64,000 nt of DNA from contig PNNG01000022.1 of assembly GCA_013824115.1 (NCBI GenBank), forward strand, positions 14,610 through 78,609, written 5' to 3'. The DNA is from Sphingobacteriaceae bacterium (lineage in GTDB: Bacteria > Bacteroidota > Bacteroidia > UBA7662). Made by a program: the position numbers and the translations under genes. This document shows, piece after piece, positions 54,861 to 64,000 of the stretch (the first letter of the stretch is position 1; each line of letters begins with the position of its first letter). The notes under the pieces were generated by a model. The model was not told where the DNA came from. It worked only from the letters and a program-made list of their open reading frames with translations, and searched no databases.

Positions 54861-55421
54861 ATGCCCTTTCACTATTTTTTGGTTTATAAGCCTTATGGAG
54901 TCTTGAGTCAGTTTACTACCCCCATGGAAGGGAAAGTAGGTTTGGGTAGCCTGTACGATTTTCCCAGAGACGTTTATCCGGTGGGACGATTGGATGAAGA
55001 CAGCGAAGGCTTGTTGCTTCTCACCAATGATCCCAAAGCCAATGGCTGGTTATTGGGACAAGGCATAGAGAAGGAATATTGGGTGCAGGTTGAAGGTTGT
55101 CCAGCCGACAACGACCTGCAGCCCTTGCGCCTAGGCCTAACCATCAAACATAAAAAAGAAGCATACCGCACCTTGCCTGCTCAAGCCAGCCTTTTTGAAG
55201 TGGCGCCCGTTGTGCCCGACAGACATCCACCGATTCGTTTTAGGGCAAATATTCCCACCACTTGGCTCAAGATCATCCTTCGCGAGGGCAAAAATCGACA
55301 GGTGCGCAAAATGACCGCTGCCATTGGATTTCCTACTTTGCGCCTCATTCGTGTACGTTTTGGCATGCACAACCTGGGCCAAATGCAACCTGGCGAGGTA
55401 AAGGAGCTGTCGTCTTTCTAA
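54861..55421 (+). CDS. Pseudouridine synthase (RsuA/RluE family)
   Basis: ATG at 54861 (MPFHYFLVYKPYGVLSQF). Catalytic GRLDEDSEGLLLLTND. The track start lies inside the terminator. Confidence 0.8.
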   Translation: MPFHYFLVYKPYGVLSQFTTPMEGKVGLGSLYDFPRDVYPVGRLDEDSEGLLLLTNDPKANGWLLGQGIEKEYWVQVEGCPADNDLQPLRLGLTIKHKKEAYRTLPAQASLFEVAPVVPDRHPPIRFRANIPTTWLKIILREGKNRQVRKMTAAIGFPTLRLIRVRFGMHNLGQMQPGEVKELSSF

Positions 55422-55427
55422 TAAAAA

Positions 55428-55445
55428 AGCGACCCGAAGGTCGCT
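55428..55445. terminator. Short bidirectional hairpin between convergent genes
   Basis: aaaaa-agcgacc-cgaa-ggtcgct-tt. Confidence 0.5.
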
Positions 55446-55468
55446 TTACGCAGTCGCTTTACCGATCA

Positions 55469-56452
55469 TTATTTTTTGATATACATCACTTCTTTCACTG
55501 CCTTCACCACCTTCTCCACTGAAGGAAGGTAGGCTTGTACCAATGGAAGTGCATAAGGCATGGGCACATCGGCGCCATTTACGCGAAGAACAGGTGCATC
55601 GAGGTAATCGAAGGCATCTTTTTGTACGCGGAAAGCAATTTCCGAAGATACAGAAGCAAAAGGCCAGCTTTCATCAATTACCACCAAACGGTTGGTCTTT
55701 TTTACACTGTTGATGATGGTGGCGGTGTCGAGTGGACGGATGGTACGCAAATCGATCACCTCGGCAGAAATGCCTTCTTGGGCCAAAGCCTCAGCCGAAG
55801 CTAGGGCAACCTTCATCATTTTGTTGTACGACACGAGGGTAACATCGGTTCCGGCACGCTTTACATCGGCTACGCCAATGGGAATGAGGTATTCGCCTTC
55901 AGGTACTTCGCCTTTGTCGCCATACATCTGCTCCGATTCCATGAAAATCACCGGGTCGTTGTCGCGGATGGCCGATTTTAACAAGCCCTTGGCGTCATAG
56001 GGATTTGATGGAGATACTACTTTCAAACCAGGTACATTCGCATACCAGCTTTCGAATACCTGCGAGTGTTGGGCACCTAAGGTACCTGCCGAACCCGATG
56101 GGCCACGGAATACGATGGGGACGTTGAACTGACCGCCAGACATGCTCAACATCTTGGCTGCAGCATTTACTACCTGATCGATGGCGACCAACGAAAAGTT
56201 GAAGGTCATGAACTCAATCACCGGACGCAAGCCATTCATGGCAGCACCCACACCGATACCGGCAAAACCCAGCTCGGCAATAGGGGTGTCGATTACGCGG
56301 CGATCGCCGAACTCGTCGAGCATGCCCTGACTTACCTTGTAGGCACCATTGTATTGGGCTACTTCTTCACCCATCAAAAACACGCGATCGTCTCTACGCA
56401 TTTCTTCCTGCATGGCTTCACGCAGGGCTTCGCGCATTTGAATTTCTCTCAT
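55469..56452 (-). CDS. pdhB: Pyruvate (2-oxoacid) dehydrogenase E1 beta subunit
   Basis: 327 aa. [13 protein letters not shown]…[26 protein letters not shown]… is typical of E1-beta. Confidence 0.85.
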   Translation of the reverse strand: MREIQMREALREAMQEEMRRDDRVFLMGEEVAQYNGAYKVSQGMLDEFGDRRVIDTPIAELGFAGIGVGAAMNGLRPVIEFMTFNFSLVAIDQVVNAAAKMLSMSGGQFNVPIVFRGPSGSAGTLGAQHSQVFESWYANVPGLKVVSPSNPYDAKGLLKSAIRDNDPVIFMESEQMYGDKGEVPEGEYLIPIGVADVKRAGTDVTLVSYNKMMKVALASAEALAQEGISAEVIDLRTIRPLDTATIINSVKKTNRLVVIDESWPFASVSSEIAFRVQKDAFDYLDAPVLRVNGADVPMPYALPLVQAYLPSVEKVVKAVKEVMYIKK

Positions 56453-56684
56453 GTATGTTTATTTAACGTAGGTCGTTTTTTCCGACTGCAATGATAGGCA
56501 TAAAAGCGTTATGGGCGAAATAGGCGGCCTAAAAATGGGCTTGTTCTGGTTCGATTTTAGAGATTTCGAACTGGAAGCACGGTAATCGCTGTTCGAATTA
56601 GTCAGGTCGTAATTGCCAAGACATTTTCCGATGGCTGTACACCGACAAACGATCAAAGTGGCTTCCGCTAATTGATTGTTGAAA

Positions 56685-57779
56685 TTAGTCGAGTTCAATG
56701 GTGTCGAGGTACCAATCAGAACCTTCATGACGCAACAAGGTGACACGATTCAAATTTTCAATTCTTCCGTCTAAATGATATACAAACCGACCTGCCATTT
56801 TAAATGCATCAGGAATCGGACTCATTTTTTTGGTCAGGATATTGATCATTTTAAAATCGACGATTTTGGTCTCGTCCTCATTCAAACGAACACCCATTAC
56901 GCACAGTTCACCATTCATTTTCATCGGGACTGAGTAGATGCCATATAGCGAATCGCTGATGAAAAGAGGCTTCAACGTATTTAAATCGATTATTTCGAGT
57001 CCGGTTGAGTACAAATGTATTGGCTTGGAAAAACCCAATGAGCTGTCTTCTATGGTACAAGTCCACCGCACCGTGCTAATGCTCAAATTGAAGACATTAG
57101 AGAGTTTCTGATTGTAGGCAATTTCAGGCCGTATGGTCATGCTATCGTCTTTCAGAAAATGCAGATAAGGTAATGCACTTAATTCATCATTGTAGTTCAG
57201 TTCTAAAATGGGGCCATTCGGAAAAAGAGGATGGCTACTGGCGTACCGCAAGTGAGCGTAGCTGTCCTTGGGGTCAAAGTGTAGCGCCTTTAATTTTACA
57301 GGATCGCCTTGAGGTGAAAGTTAAATCAGAAACCATTGTAAAAGCGGCATGCGGTAGTCACTCACTAAGTATTCCACCGCAAAGGTGCCCACGAGATGAA
57401 TGGCACCATCGTGATAGATGAAGTTTCGGAGCTGGTAATATATTTCGTCCCATTGAATATTAGTGTAAGTGCTGTCAAGTTGTTCTTTTACCTGGCTGCG
57501 AGCGACTAAATCTTTGAACTGCGATTTTAAATCGACAACATAGAGTGCTTCAGGGTTTGTTCCACTGAAAATATAACGGTCGTTTTTGGAGAGGGTATAA
57601 TAGGTGTCTCGGTATTTGCTAATATTTGAGAAATTCGAAATCGCATCTCTTCCGGTTGAAAGTTTGACGGATTGTATGGACTTTTGAGCTTTTAACATAT
57701 GTGGCACTATTACCAAAAGGAAGAGCAACAGGCGTATTTTCAAGAACGGTAGCGTTTTAAAGCGATGTATTTGGTGCAT
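56685..57779 (-). pseudogene. Single ~364-codon low-GC secreted-protein gene interrupted by one in-frame TAA (57321-57323)
   Basis: Track ORFs 57321-57779 and 56685-57251 share a frame (57779 and 57251 are both 2 mod 3). The 69 nt between them read LSPQGDPVKLKALHFDPKDSYAH with no stop. The downstream half has only a TTG as a possible start. Confidence 0.6.
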
Positions 57780-57885
57780 TTACAGTACATTTAAAGGTAT
57801 TGCCTTTTTTTTACTTATAGTTAAAACACATATGAAATAAATAAAATATTACTAATTACCCAAGTCGTGATAAAAAATTCCAGGA

Positions 57886-58158
57886 TTATTTCTTCCCCTT
57901 CGGCTGCAGCGGTCTGATTTCCACATCTACCGTAGGGAAGTTGGGCGGGCTTTGCAACAGCTGGAGCAGGAGGGTGGCCACATCGTCGGGTTGGAGCATG
58001 TTGGGGCTGATGTTCATGCCTTTAACCGCATCAAAAAAGTTGTTGGCTACCGAGCCGGGATAAACGCAGCTCACCTTGATGCCGTCTTCACGCAACTCAG
58101 CATACAACGAATGGCCGATGCCGCGCACCGCAAATTTGGTAGCTGAATAGCTGCTGCC
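57886..58158 (-). pseudogene. 3' fragment (about 88 codons) of an SDR gene, diverged duplicate of 59101-59376
   Basis: Encodes GSSYSATKFAVRGIGHSLYAELREDGIKVSCVYPGSVANNFFDAVKGMNISPNMLQPDDVATLLLQLLQSPPNFPTVDVEIRPLQPKGKK. This parallels residues from GSGYSATKF onward of the full SDR. It has no N-terminal Rossmann half. Confidence 0.8.
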
Positions 58159-58167
58159 TAGTAACAG

Positions 58168-59010
58168 TTAGAGGCTATATCTCAGACCAATGTCGACAAA
58201 GGCTGTGCTGAATCTTTCATAATACCGAAACGAAAATGGAGCATAGGCCACCATGCCCCAACCCATCGAAAGACTGCTGTTCATCTGTAAATGCTCGGTG
58301 AGTTCGCGCTCGTAGGTGATGGGGATTAAAAAGCTGAGATAGCTGCCACGTCTGCTTTGAAAGCTAAATTGCCGTTCGCTGAAATAGAAAACGCTACGCT
58401 CTGGCAATACATCGTAATGATAATCGGTTGTGGTCACCAGAATTTCACGCTTTAAAAATTCAGTGCCTACACGTGCTGAAACCCCAATAAATAGCCCATT
58501 TTTTGATGCTACAGGAGAAATGCGTACTTGATAGCGTGTGACCAATTCAGCCAAATCAAAATTTTCTTCGTAGCTGTAAAAGTAATTGTTGAGCGTGGTG
58601 TCGGTATCAAACACCAAGCTGTTTACATTGGCATTGGTGTAATACGATTGCCTTCCAGGCATGCGCTGGTAACTCAAGCCGAGTTCGAATCGGCTCAAGG
58701 CTTTCCCCGCCGAGCTGCGTTGCTCCCAACCCGCCAGTAGCTGCAAGTTGTGGAACGCCAAAATACTTGGCCGGTTTTGCTGCAATTTTTGATGCGTACC
58801 ATAAGTTCCAAGGTAGTTGGGAAAGGGGGCATTAATCCGATTGCCTTTGTAGCGCAAAGCTTGGTTCAATGACAGTGGGTTGGCAAAGCTCAGGTGACCG
58901 AGGCCGGGACTAAAGCTCAATTGGATGGTGTTGGGCTTAGGGATGATTTGACCAAACAAGAAGGTAGGGCAAAGGGAAGTGCACAAAAGCAACAATTTTT
59001 TTAACATCAT
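58168..59010 (-). CDS. Hypothetical outer-membrane beta-barrel-like protein (280 aa)
   Basis: Signal peptide MMLKKLLLLCTSLCPTFLFGQ. Alternating strand pattern; C-terminal …VDIGLRYSL. Confidence 0.55.
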   Translation of the reverse strand: MMLKKLLLLCTSLCPTFLFGQIIPKPNTIQLSFSPGLGHLSFANPLSLNQALRYKGNRINAPFPNYLGTYGTHQKLQQNRPSILAFHNLQLLAGWEQRSSAGKALSRFELGLSYQRMPGRQSYYTNANVNSLVFDTDTTLNNYFYSYEENFDLAELVTRYQVRISPVASKNGLFIGVSARVGTEFLKREILVTTTDYHYDVLPERSVFYFSERQFSFQSRRGSYLSFLIPITYERELTEHLQMNSSLSMGWGMVAYAPFSFRYYERFSTAFVDIGLRYSL

Positions 59011-59100
59011 ACAGGATTAAGGCTTTGTTTCGACTTGAAACAAAAGACTTAACGCAGGTCTCGATAAAAAAGTACTTGCTGATTTAAAATGACTTTTCCC

Positions 59101-59799
59101 TCAATTTTTTTTCCCTTTTGGCTGCAGCGGTCTGATTTCTACATCTACCGTAAGGAAATTGGGCGGGCTTTGCAACAGTTGGAGCAGGAGGGTAGCCACA
59201 TCGTCGGGTTGGAGCATGTTCGGACTGATGTTGATGCCTTCTACCGTATCGAAAAAGTTGGTGGCTACCGAGCCGGGATATACGCAGCTTACCTTGATGC
59301 CGTCTTCACGCAACTCTGCATACAAAGAATGACTGATGCCGCGCACGGCAAATTTGGTAGCTGAGTAGCCACTGCCTTGCACTATGCCGTTCAAACCGGC
59401 AATGGAGCTGATGTTGATGATGTGTCCGCGCTGTTTGGCTTTCATAAAGGGTACCACTTCCCGGGTGCAATACATCAGGCCATGCACATTGGTGTTGAAC
59501 ATGTCGTGCCACTTGTCGAGCTCCAATTCTTCTACTTTGCCAAAATGTCCAAAGCCAGCATTGTTAATTAAGCCGTAAATATGCTCGCCTAAGCGACTGC
59601 GCGTTTGCTGCACAGCCGAGGCCACCTGCCGGTGATCAGAAACATCGCATTTGAAAAAATGGAAGTTGATATCGCTGAATGCTGGCTGGGTGCGCCCCCA
59701 ACCGGCAACGGTATAGCCTTTTTCGCAAAGCACTTTAGATATGGCCAGGCCAATACCTTTGCTTACGCCGGTTACGATGATGATGTCGTTTTGTTGCAT
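59101..59799 (-). CDS. Short-chain dehydrogenase/reductase (SDR)
   Basis: ATG at 59799 (MQQNDIIIVTGVSKGIGLAI, TGxxxGIG motif). NNAG, and catalytic YSATK. Confidence 0.85.
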   Translation of the reverse strand: MQQNDIIIVTGVSKGIGLAISKVLCEKGYTVAGWGRTQPAFSDINFHFFKCDVSDHRQVASAVQQTRSRLGEHIYGLINNAGFGHFGKVEELELDKWHDMFNTNVHGLMYCTREVVPFMKAKQRGHIINISSIAGLNGIVQGSGYSATKFAVRGISHSLYAELREDGIKVSCVYPGSVATNFFDTVEGINISPNMLQPDDVATLLLQLLQSPPNFLTVDVEIRPLQPKGKKN

Positions 59800-59858
59800 G
59801 GGCGAATTTATTAAAAGAACAATGCTTCCGTCGAAATGTTGAAAAGCACCTAAAACAA

Positions 59859-59888
59859 CAAGCCCCATCGCGAAAGTGACGGGGCTTG
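59859..59888 (-). terminator. Terminator hairpin downstream of the giant gene
   Basis: caagcccc-N14-ggggcttg. On the minus strand it is followed by ttgttgtttta. Confidence 0.5.
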
Positions 59889-59904
59889 TTGGAGAGGGTC
59901 GGTT

Positions 59905-62900
59905 TTATCGTGCTACTACAAAGCGCAACTGGCTGAATTGACCTTGGCCATTTTGAATGCGCAAGTAATAAATGCCGTTGGCTAACGGTTGCACATCGAG
60001 TATGGCTTGCGCACCGCTGCCTTCCTGATGCTGCAAATGCCCGAGTATTCTACCAGCAGCGTCCATCAACCGAATGCTGTAGTTTTGTGTAGCATCGGTA
60101 AGTGCAATGTTCAAATGGCTGTTGGCAGGGTTGGGATAAATGCTCACGCCCAACGCATTCCATTCCTTCACCGAAGTGGTGTTTGAAATCTGCACGCCAC
60201 TTACACAGCGCCTATTATTGGTAGTATCTACATCGTTGGTGGTATTCACTGTAAAGCAAACTTCATAGGTACCCGAATTGGGGTTCCAATTGTTCAAGCT
60301 TACTTCCAGGCTGTCGTTAGCGGCAATGCTCTGTGTAAAGTTTTGGATTCCCAAAGAGCTGCCATTCACGGTCGTATTGACGCTAAATCCATTGGCCGCA
60401 GCCGTGCCTTGGTTGCGTATCCAAATGCGCGGGGTGATGGGAGCAGTGATATTGCTTGTGTCTGTTACGGGTTGCATGATCCTTGAAACCAATAGGTCGG
60501 GGAACGGCGTGCTGCTTACGTTAACAACCACCGTATCGCGCAGTACGCAATTGCCAAAGTTAAATTCAACGCGGTAGGTTGTAGTGGCTGTGGGACTAAC
60601 GTTCCTCGTTAAGCCAGTGCCCAAAGCAGTGGCTCCGGTAAACCAATTGATTTGCGCTGCATTGGCTGTGAGGCTCAACGACGGATTGATGTACCCAAAA
60701 CCAGTAGTGTCGGTGGTAGAATACAAACCCCAAGCTGCAGCACCATTGGCGTTTGCATTTACCCTGCGAATGCCTGTTACGCTGCTGCTGTTGATTCTGC
60801 CCGTCCAAGCATTTGCCGGCAAATTCAAATCAGGGGGAAGAATGGAGTCGTTGGTCATAAAGATGTCGATGAGCGCATTGCTTGTGGTATCGATAAGCAC
60901 CGCACCATTGCGATTGGTACTGGTAAGTACGTTGTTGTTGGTGCCCCCCATGTAAAAGACCTGGTTTACAAAATCCTGTGCGCCGGTGCCGGGTAAAATC
61001 ACGGCTACTCTGCCAGGGGCAACACGTGCACCCACAGGGAAATTCAAGGTCCAACGGGTGGTGGCACCAAATAGCACCATGCGTAAGCCCGACAAATCAA
61101 CGGTATCTGTGCCAAAATTGCGCAATTCAATCATATCGTCGGCATTGTTGGGCACACCTGTTGGCCAAGTGGCTTGGATATTGGCTGCAGGCGATTTAAA
61201 GTGCATGAACTCAGTAAAGCGCAAAGTGTTTTGGCCATTGAGTTGTACGTTCGCTGTTAAGGTGGCTTGTTGCCCCAAAGTGATGGTTTGGTCGTTGCCT
61301 AAGGAGATGTTTCCTGCACGGTTTTCAAACGATAAGGTATCGCTGCTCCAGCTGCCATTGGCATCCTGAACCACTACGGCGTAACGTACCACGCGGTTTA
61401 CGGCCTGTGCGGGAATGGTGGCTGTCCACATACCCTGACTTCCACGCGTCATGCCAATGCTGCTGAATGGTTGTCCATACGCGCCAACACGTAAATTCAC
61501 TTGGTTCACGGCAGCTACGGTGTCGATGGTTACACTGATATTTTGCGGACCAGGCGCACAAAGGGCGGGCACTGCAGTTAGGTTGCTAAAGCGCACTTCT
61601 GTGGGTACAAACAATCTCAACGAATCGATGGCATTGGCATTGGGGGTTGAATTGGCAGTGTTAAAGCGCACGCTCGATTGGAAGGTGATGAGCAAGGTAT
61701 CTGAACCTCCCAAAAAGCCATCCAACCGGTACAACAAGGGCAGGGTAGTGCTGCTCGATGCGGCACTTACCGGACGAATAGTGGGCGAAATACCACCCAC
61801 TGCAGTAATTTGCTGTCCGTTAACCAGCACCCTGAAATTGTTGTTGGCCACTGCCGTATTGAAAAGTTGACGCAGATTGAAGGCCAGGTTGAGGCGGGTT
61901 AATCCGGCCACATTTACATACAAGCTGGCCTCGCTCAAATTAGCTGGATTGATCGACCACCAATTGGTAACCGTTGGTGCTGTCCATGGGTTGCCGCTGC
62001 CACTGCCCATCATGACCAAGCTGCTACTGCCATTTACAGGCAAATTGTTGATAGCATTTCCTTGAATCAATACTTGGGCACTGTCGCCTCTGCTTATACA
62101 AAAATCCATGGGCACAGTAGCTGCTTCAAAATCCTGACTGTAAGGTACTTGTGCAATGGTTGCTTGGAAGTTGGTAACCACCCTGCGCAAAGTGTCGTTG
62201 CTGGAATTGAGGTCGCCTGTGCCTTTGGCAATCACCAGCAGCGTATCGGTGCCATTGGTAAAGCTACCCGACTGGCGGAAAGTGTAATTCAAAATGGTGC
62301 CCGATGTAATGCCTGTGAAAAGGGTATCGCGTTGGGTAGCCTGACTGTTGATGCGGTAGGATAAAACTACGGTATCGATGTCGCTGTTTCCAATGTTTGT
62401 CAATCGTACTTGAATGGGAATTTGCAAGCTCGAAACACAGCCATCATTCAAATTTGACAAGATTTGAACCAAGGCCAAATCGTTTTGCGGTGGCGTAAAT
62501 TCAATGGCACCCATGTCGGGAATGTTTCCGCGAAGGGCTCCGGTAAAGTCGGTGGTTACAAATGGAATGGCCAAACCCGCTTGGTCGAGTACTGCCGATC
62601 GTGGGCTAAAGTTTGCCTGGTTGATGTTTGCAAATAGGGGATTGCCATTCAAACTCAAGCTGTCGTACTGAGGATACACCGCCCTCCAAGCCGGGATACT
62701 GGCATAACCCGTCGTGCCAAAGTGCAAAATATTGGCTATGCCTGTGGTTGAAGCCGTATAGTAGTTGTTGTAGTTGATTTGCACACTCGTGGTATCGCGC
62801 TCGAGGTACAACACCTGTTTTTCTCCCGAGCCTTGCTTGTTCACCACCAGGTTGTTGTTCAAAATGCGCACATTTTGATTCAATGCCTGCAAATAAACGG

Positions 62901-64000
62901 CACGGGCACTTCCAGTGGCTAAGGTGTCGTTTAAGAAAATGGTGTTAAAGAGTACATCCGTGAAATTGGTTGCATTCAGCAAAATGCCATTTTGGTTGCC
63001 TGTAGTGCTGAAGCCGTAAATGAGATTGTTTACAATGTAATTCCTTTTTGTAGTCGTTCCCGGAGTTGAAATGCGTACACCAAAGCTGGCAGCTGTGCGT
63101 GCGGTAGCCGAATTATGGCTGCTGTGAATGCGGTTGTTCCGAATCATCACGCCTTCAGCACCGGCTTCGAGGTTGATGCCTTGGAAAGTAGTTACACCCG
63201 TTCTCAGGGCACGGTTAACATCGTTGTTTTCAATCAGGGCTGAATCTACTTGCACCAAGAAAATGCCATTTTGGTAGAAATCACGTACCACATTGCGGCC
63301 AATATAAAGGTTCCGACTTTTTGCACTGGCATTGCCCACCACCCTGATTCCACTGTTGCCTCCAATTACTTCGTTTGAATCTATAAACAAAGCTTGTGCA
63401 GTGGTGGCAGTAAAGGCCGATGGACTGGCCGAAACAAAAATGCCGTTGGTTTGGGTAGTAGTGGTGGTGGTAACGGCACTTAAATCAATGCGGTTGCCAA
63501 TAATACGCACGCTGTCGGCCCCATTCAAATGGATGCCAAAACCAAAGTTGGCCGCCGTAGAAACAAGGTTGAAATTGCGAATGGTCAAATGGTCGGTGTT
63601 CTCAAGGTAAATGAGTGCACGATCACCGGTTACCGCTTCAAAGCGAAGGGTATCGCCTTGTCCGTTGAGCTCCAATGTGTTTACCGCACTCAGACCAGGG
63701 ACATTAATCAGTCGGATGGTACCTGCCGTATGCACATTGTTGGCGAAATCCATTTGGAAGGTCACGGGTCCCGAAATGCCTGCACAATTCAAGTAGTTGA
63801 CCCAGCTTTGTACATTGGGGAAGGTGCTTGAAGCACTGCCTACGGTATAAGTACCTGGTGCAATGGCTATACAATTTGATCTGGTAATGGTATCGTTCGA
63901 TGCATCGGCATCAGCCAAACCGTTCGGATTGGCTACCCAAGCCCTAAATTGCAAATTGGTAAAAGTCTGACTGGGCACCACCAAGGCCGTAGTAAAGGTG
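59905..64000 (-). CDS. Giant secreted surface protein, C-terminal ~1365 codons (N-terminus beyond window end); beta-helix-like repeats, LTD-like segment, T9SS C-terminal sorting domain
   Basis: The track M at 63984 is a TTG, and the frame stays open to 63999 (TFTTAL VVPSQ…). LTD-like LRFTEFMHFK…DDMIELRNFGTDTVDLSGLRMVLFG (about 60950-61230). CTD VSIYPNPANSHLNIAL…GIYYLRIQNGQGQFSQLRFVVAR (59908-60180). Confidence 0.85.
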   Translation of the reverse strand, partial: TFTTALVVPSQTFTNLQFRAWVANPNGLADADASNDTITRSNCIAIAPGTYTVGSASSTFPNVQSWVNYLNCAGISGPVTFQMDFANNVHTAGTIRLINVPGLSAVNTLELNGQGDTLRFEAVTGDRALIYLENTDHLTIRNFNLVSTAANFGFGIHLNGADSVRIIGNRIDLSAVTTTTTTQTNGIFVSASPSAFTATTAQALFIDSNEVIGGNSGIRVVGNASAKSRNLYIGRNVVRDFYQNGIFLVQVDSALIENNDVNRALRTGVTTFQGINLEAGAEGVMIRNNRIHSSHNSATARTAASFGVRISTPGTTTKRNYIVNNLIYGFSTTGNQNGILLNATNFTDVLFNTIFLNDTLATGSARAVYLQALNQNVRILNNNLVVNKQGSGEKQVLYLERDTTSVQINYNNYYTASTTGIANILHFGTTGYASIPAWRAVYPQYDSLSLNGNPLFANINQANFSPRSAVLDQAGLAIPFVTTDFTGALRGNIPDMGAIEFTPPQNDLALVQILSNLNDGCVSSLQIPIQVRLTNIGNSDIDTVVLSYRINSQATQRDTLFTGITSGTILNYTFRQSGSFTNGTDTLLVIAKGTGDLNSSNDTLRRVVTNFQATIAQVPYSQDFEAATVPMDFCISRGDSAQVLIQGNAINNLPVNGSSSLVMMGSGSGNPWTAPTVTNWWSINPANLSEASLYVNVAGLTRLNLAFNLRQLFNTAVANNNFRVLVNGQQITAVGGISPTIRPVSAASSSTTLPLLYRLDGFLGGSDTLLITFQSSVRFNTANSTPNANAIDSLRLFVPTEVRFSNLTAVPALCAPGPQNISVTIDTVAAVNQVNLRVGAYGQPFSSIGMTRGSQGMWTATIPAQAVNRVVRYAVVVQDANGSWSSDTLSFENRAGNISLGNDQTITLGQQATLTANVQLNGQNTLRFTEFMHFKSPAANIQATWPTGVPNNADDMIELRNFGTDTVDLSGLRMVLFGATTRWTLNFPVGARVAPGRVAVILPGTGAQDFVNQVFYMGGTNNNVLTSTNRNGAVLIDTTSNALIDIFMTNDSILPPDLNLPANAWTGRINSSSVTGIRRVNANANGAAAWGLYSTTDTTGFGYINPSLSLTANAAQINWFTGATALGTGLTRNVSPTATTTYRVEFNFGNCVLRDTVVVNVSSTPFPDLLVSRIMQPVTDTSNITAPITPRIWIRNQGTAAANGFSVNTTVNGSSLGIQNFTQSIAANDSLEVSLNNWNPNSGTYEVCFTVNTTNDVDTTNNRRCVSGVQISNTTSVKEWNALGVSIYPNPANSHLNIALTDATQNYSIRLMDAAGRILGHLQHQEGSGAQAILDVQPLANGIYYLRIQNGQGQFSQLRFVVAR

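Noticed and set aside
57893-59376. Whether the duplicated SDR segment is a DGR template/variable-repeat pair.
   Set aside because: Mismatches between the copies include C/T, G/A, G/C and T/C changes in both directions and are not confined to adenines. No reverse transcriptase gene is nearby.

Overview
This window looks like a Bacteroidota chromosome segment of roughly 50% GC. The phylum call rests on many C-terminal T9SS sorting domains, TAnnTTTG-type -7 promoter boxes close to start codons, and almost no Shine-Dalgarno sites.

**Core genes**
- A complete histidine operon, hisG-D-C-B-H-A-F-IE, on the minus strand. A His-rich leader peptide plus terminator sits upstream of it.
- dnaG, hemE, tsaE, an alanine-dehydrogenase-like gene, pdhB and a pseudouridine synthase.
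- A LytTR-type two-component pair.
- GH92 and GH2 mannosidases.
- A cyanophycinase plus isoaspartyl-peptidase pair.

**Window edges**
- Both edges cut giant minus-strand genes for secreted proteins with beta-helix-like repeats and lamin-tail-domain (LTD)-like segments.
- The left one (1-6177) is missing from the ORF track because its stop codon lies outside the window. I found it by translating the strand myself.

**Accessory or unusual content, in order**
1. A six-gene operon of two secreted CotH kinases, a lipoprotein, a VTC domain protein, DUF4956 and DUF2490.
2. A low-GC three-gene island that reads as a toxin, an XRE antitoxin with a long C-terminal tail, and a SecB-like chaperone (TAC-like architecture).
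3. A 1.9-kb structured repeat region made of ~500-bp tandem units, nested 49-bp subrepeats and a palindromic motif in both orientations. A ParE/RelE toxin-antitoxin cassette sits inside one unit, and the last subrepeat runs into the dnaG stop codon.
4. An HTH-Fic gene inserted between the two cyanophycin-utilisation genes.
5. A low-GC gene broken by a single in-frame TAA.
6. A barrel-protein gene bracketed by ~266-bp diverged direct repeats of the 3' end of an SDR gene.

All family assignments come from motif recognition by eye. No searches were run.
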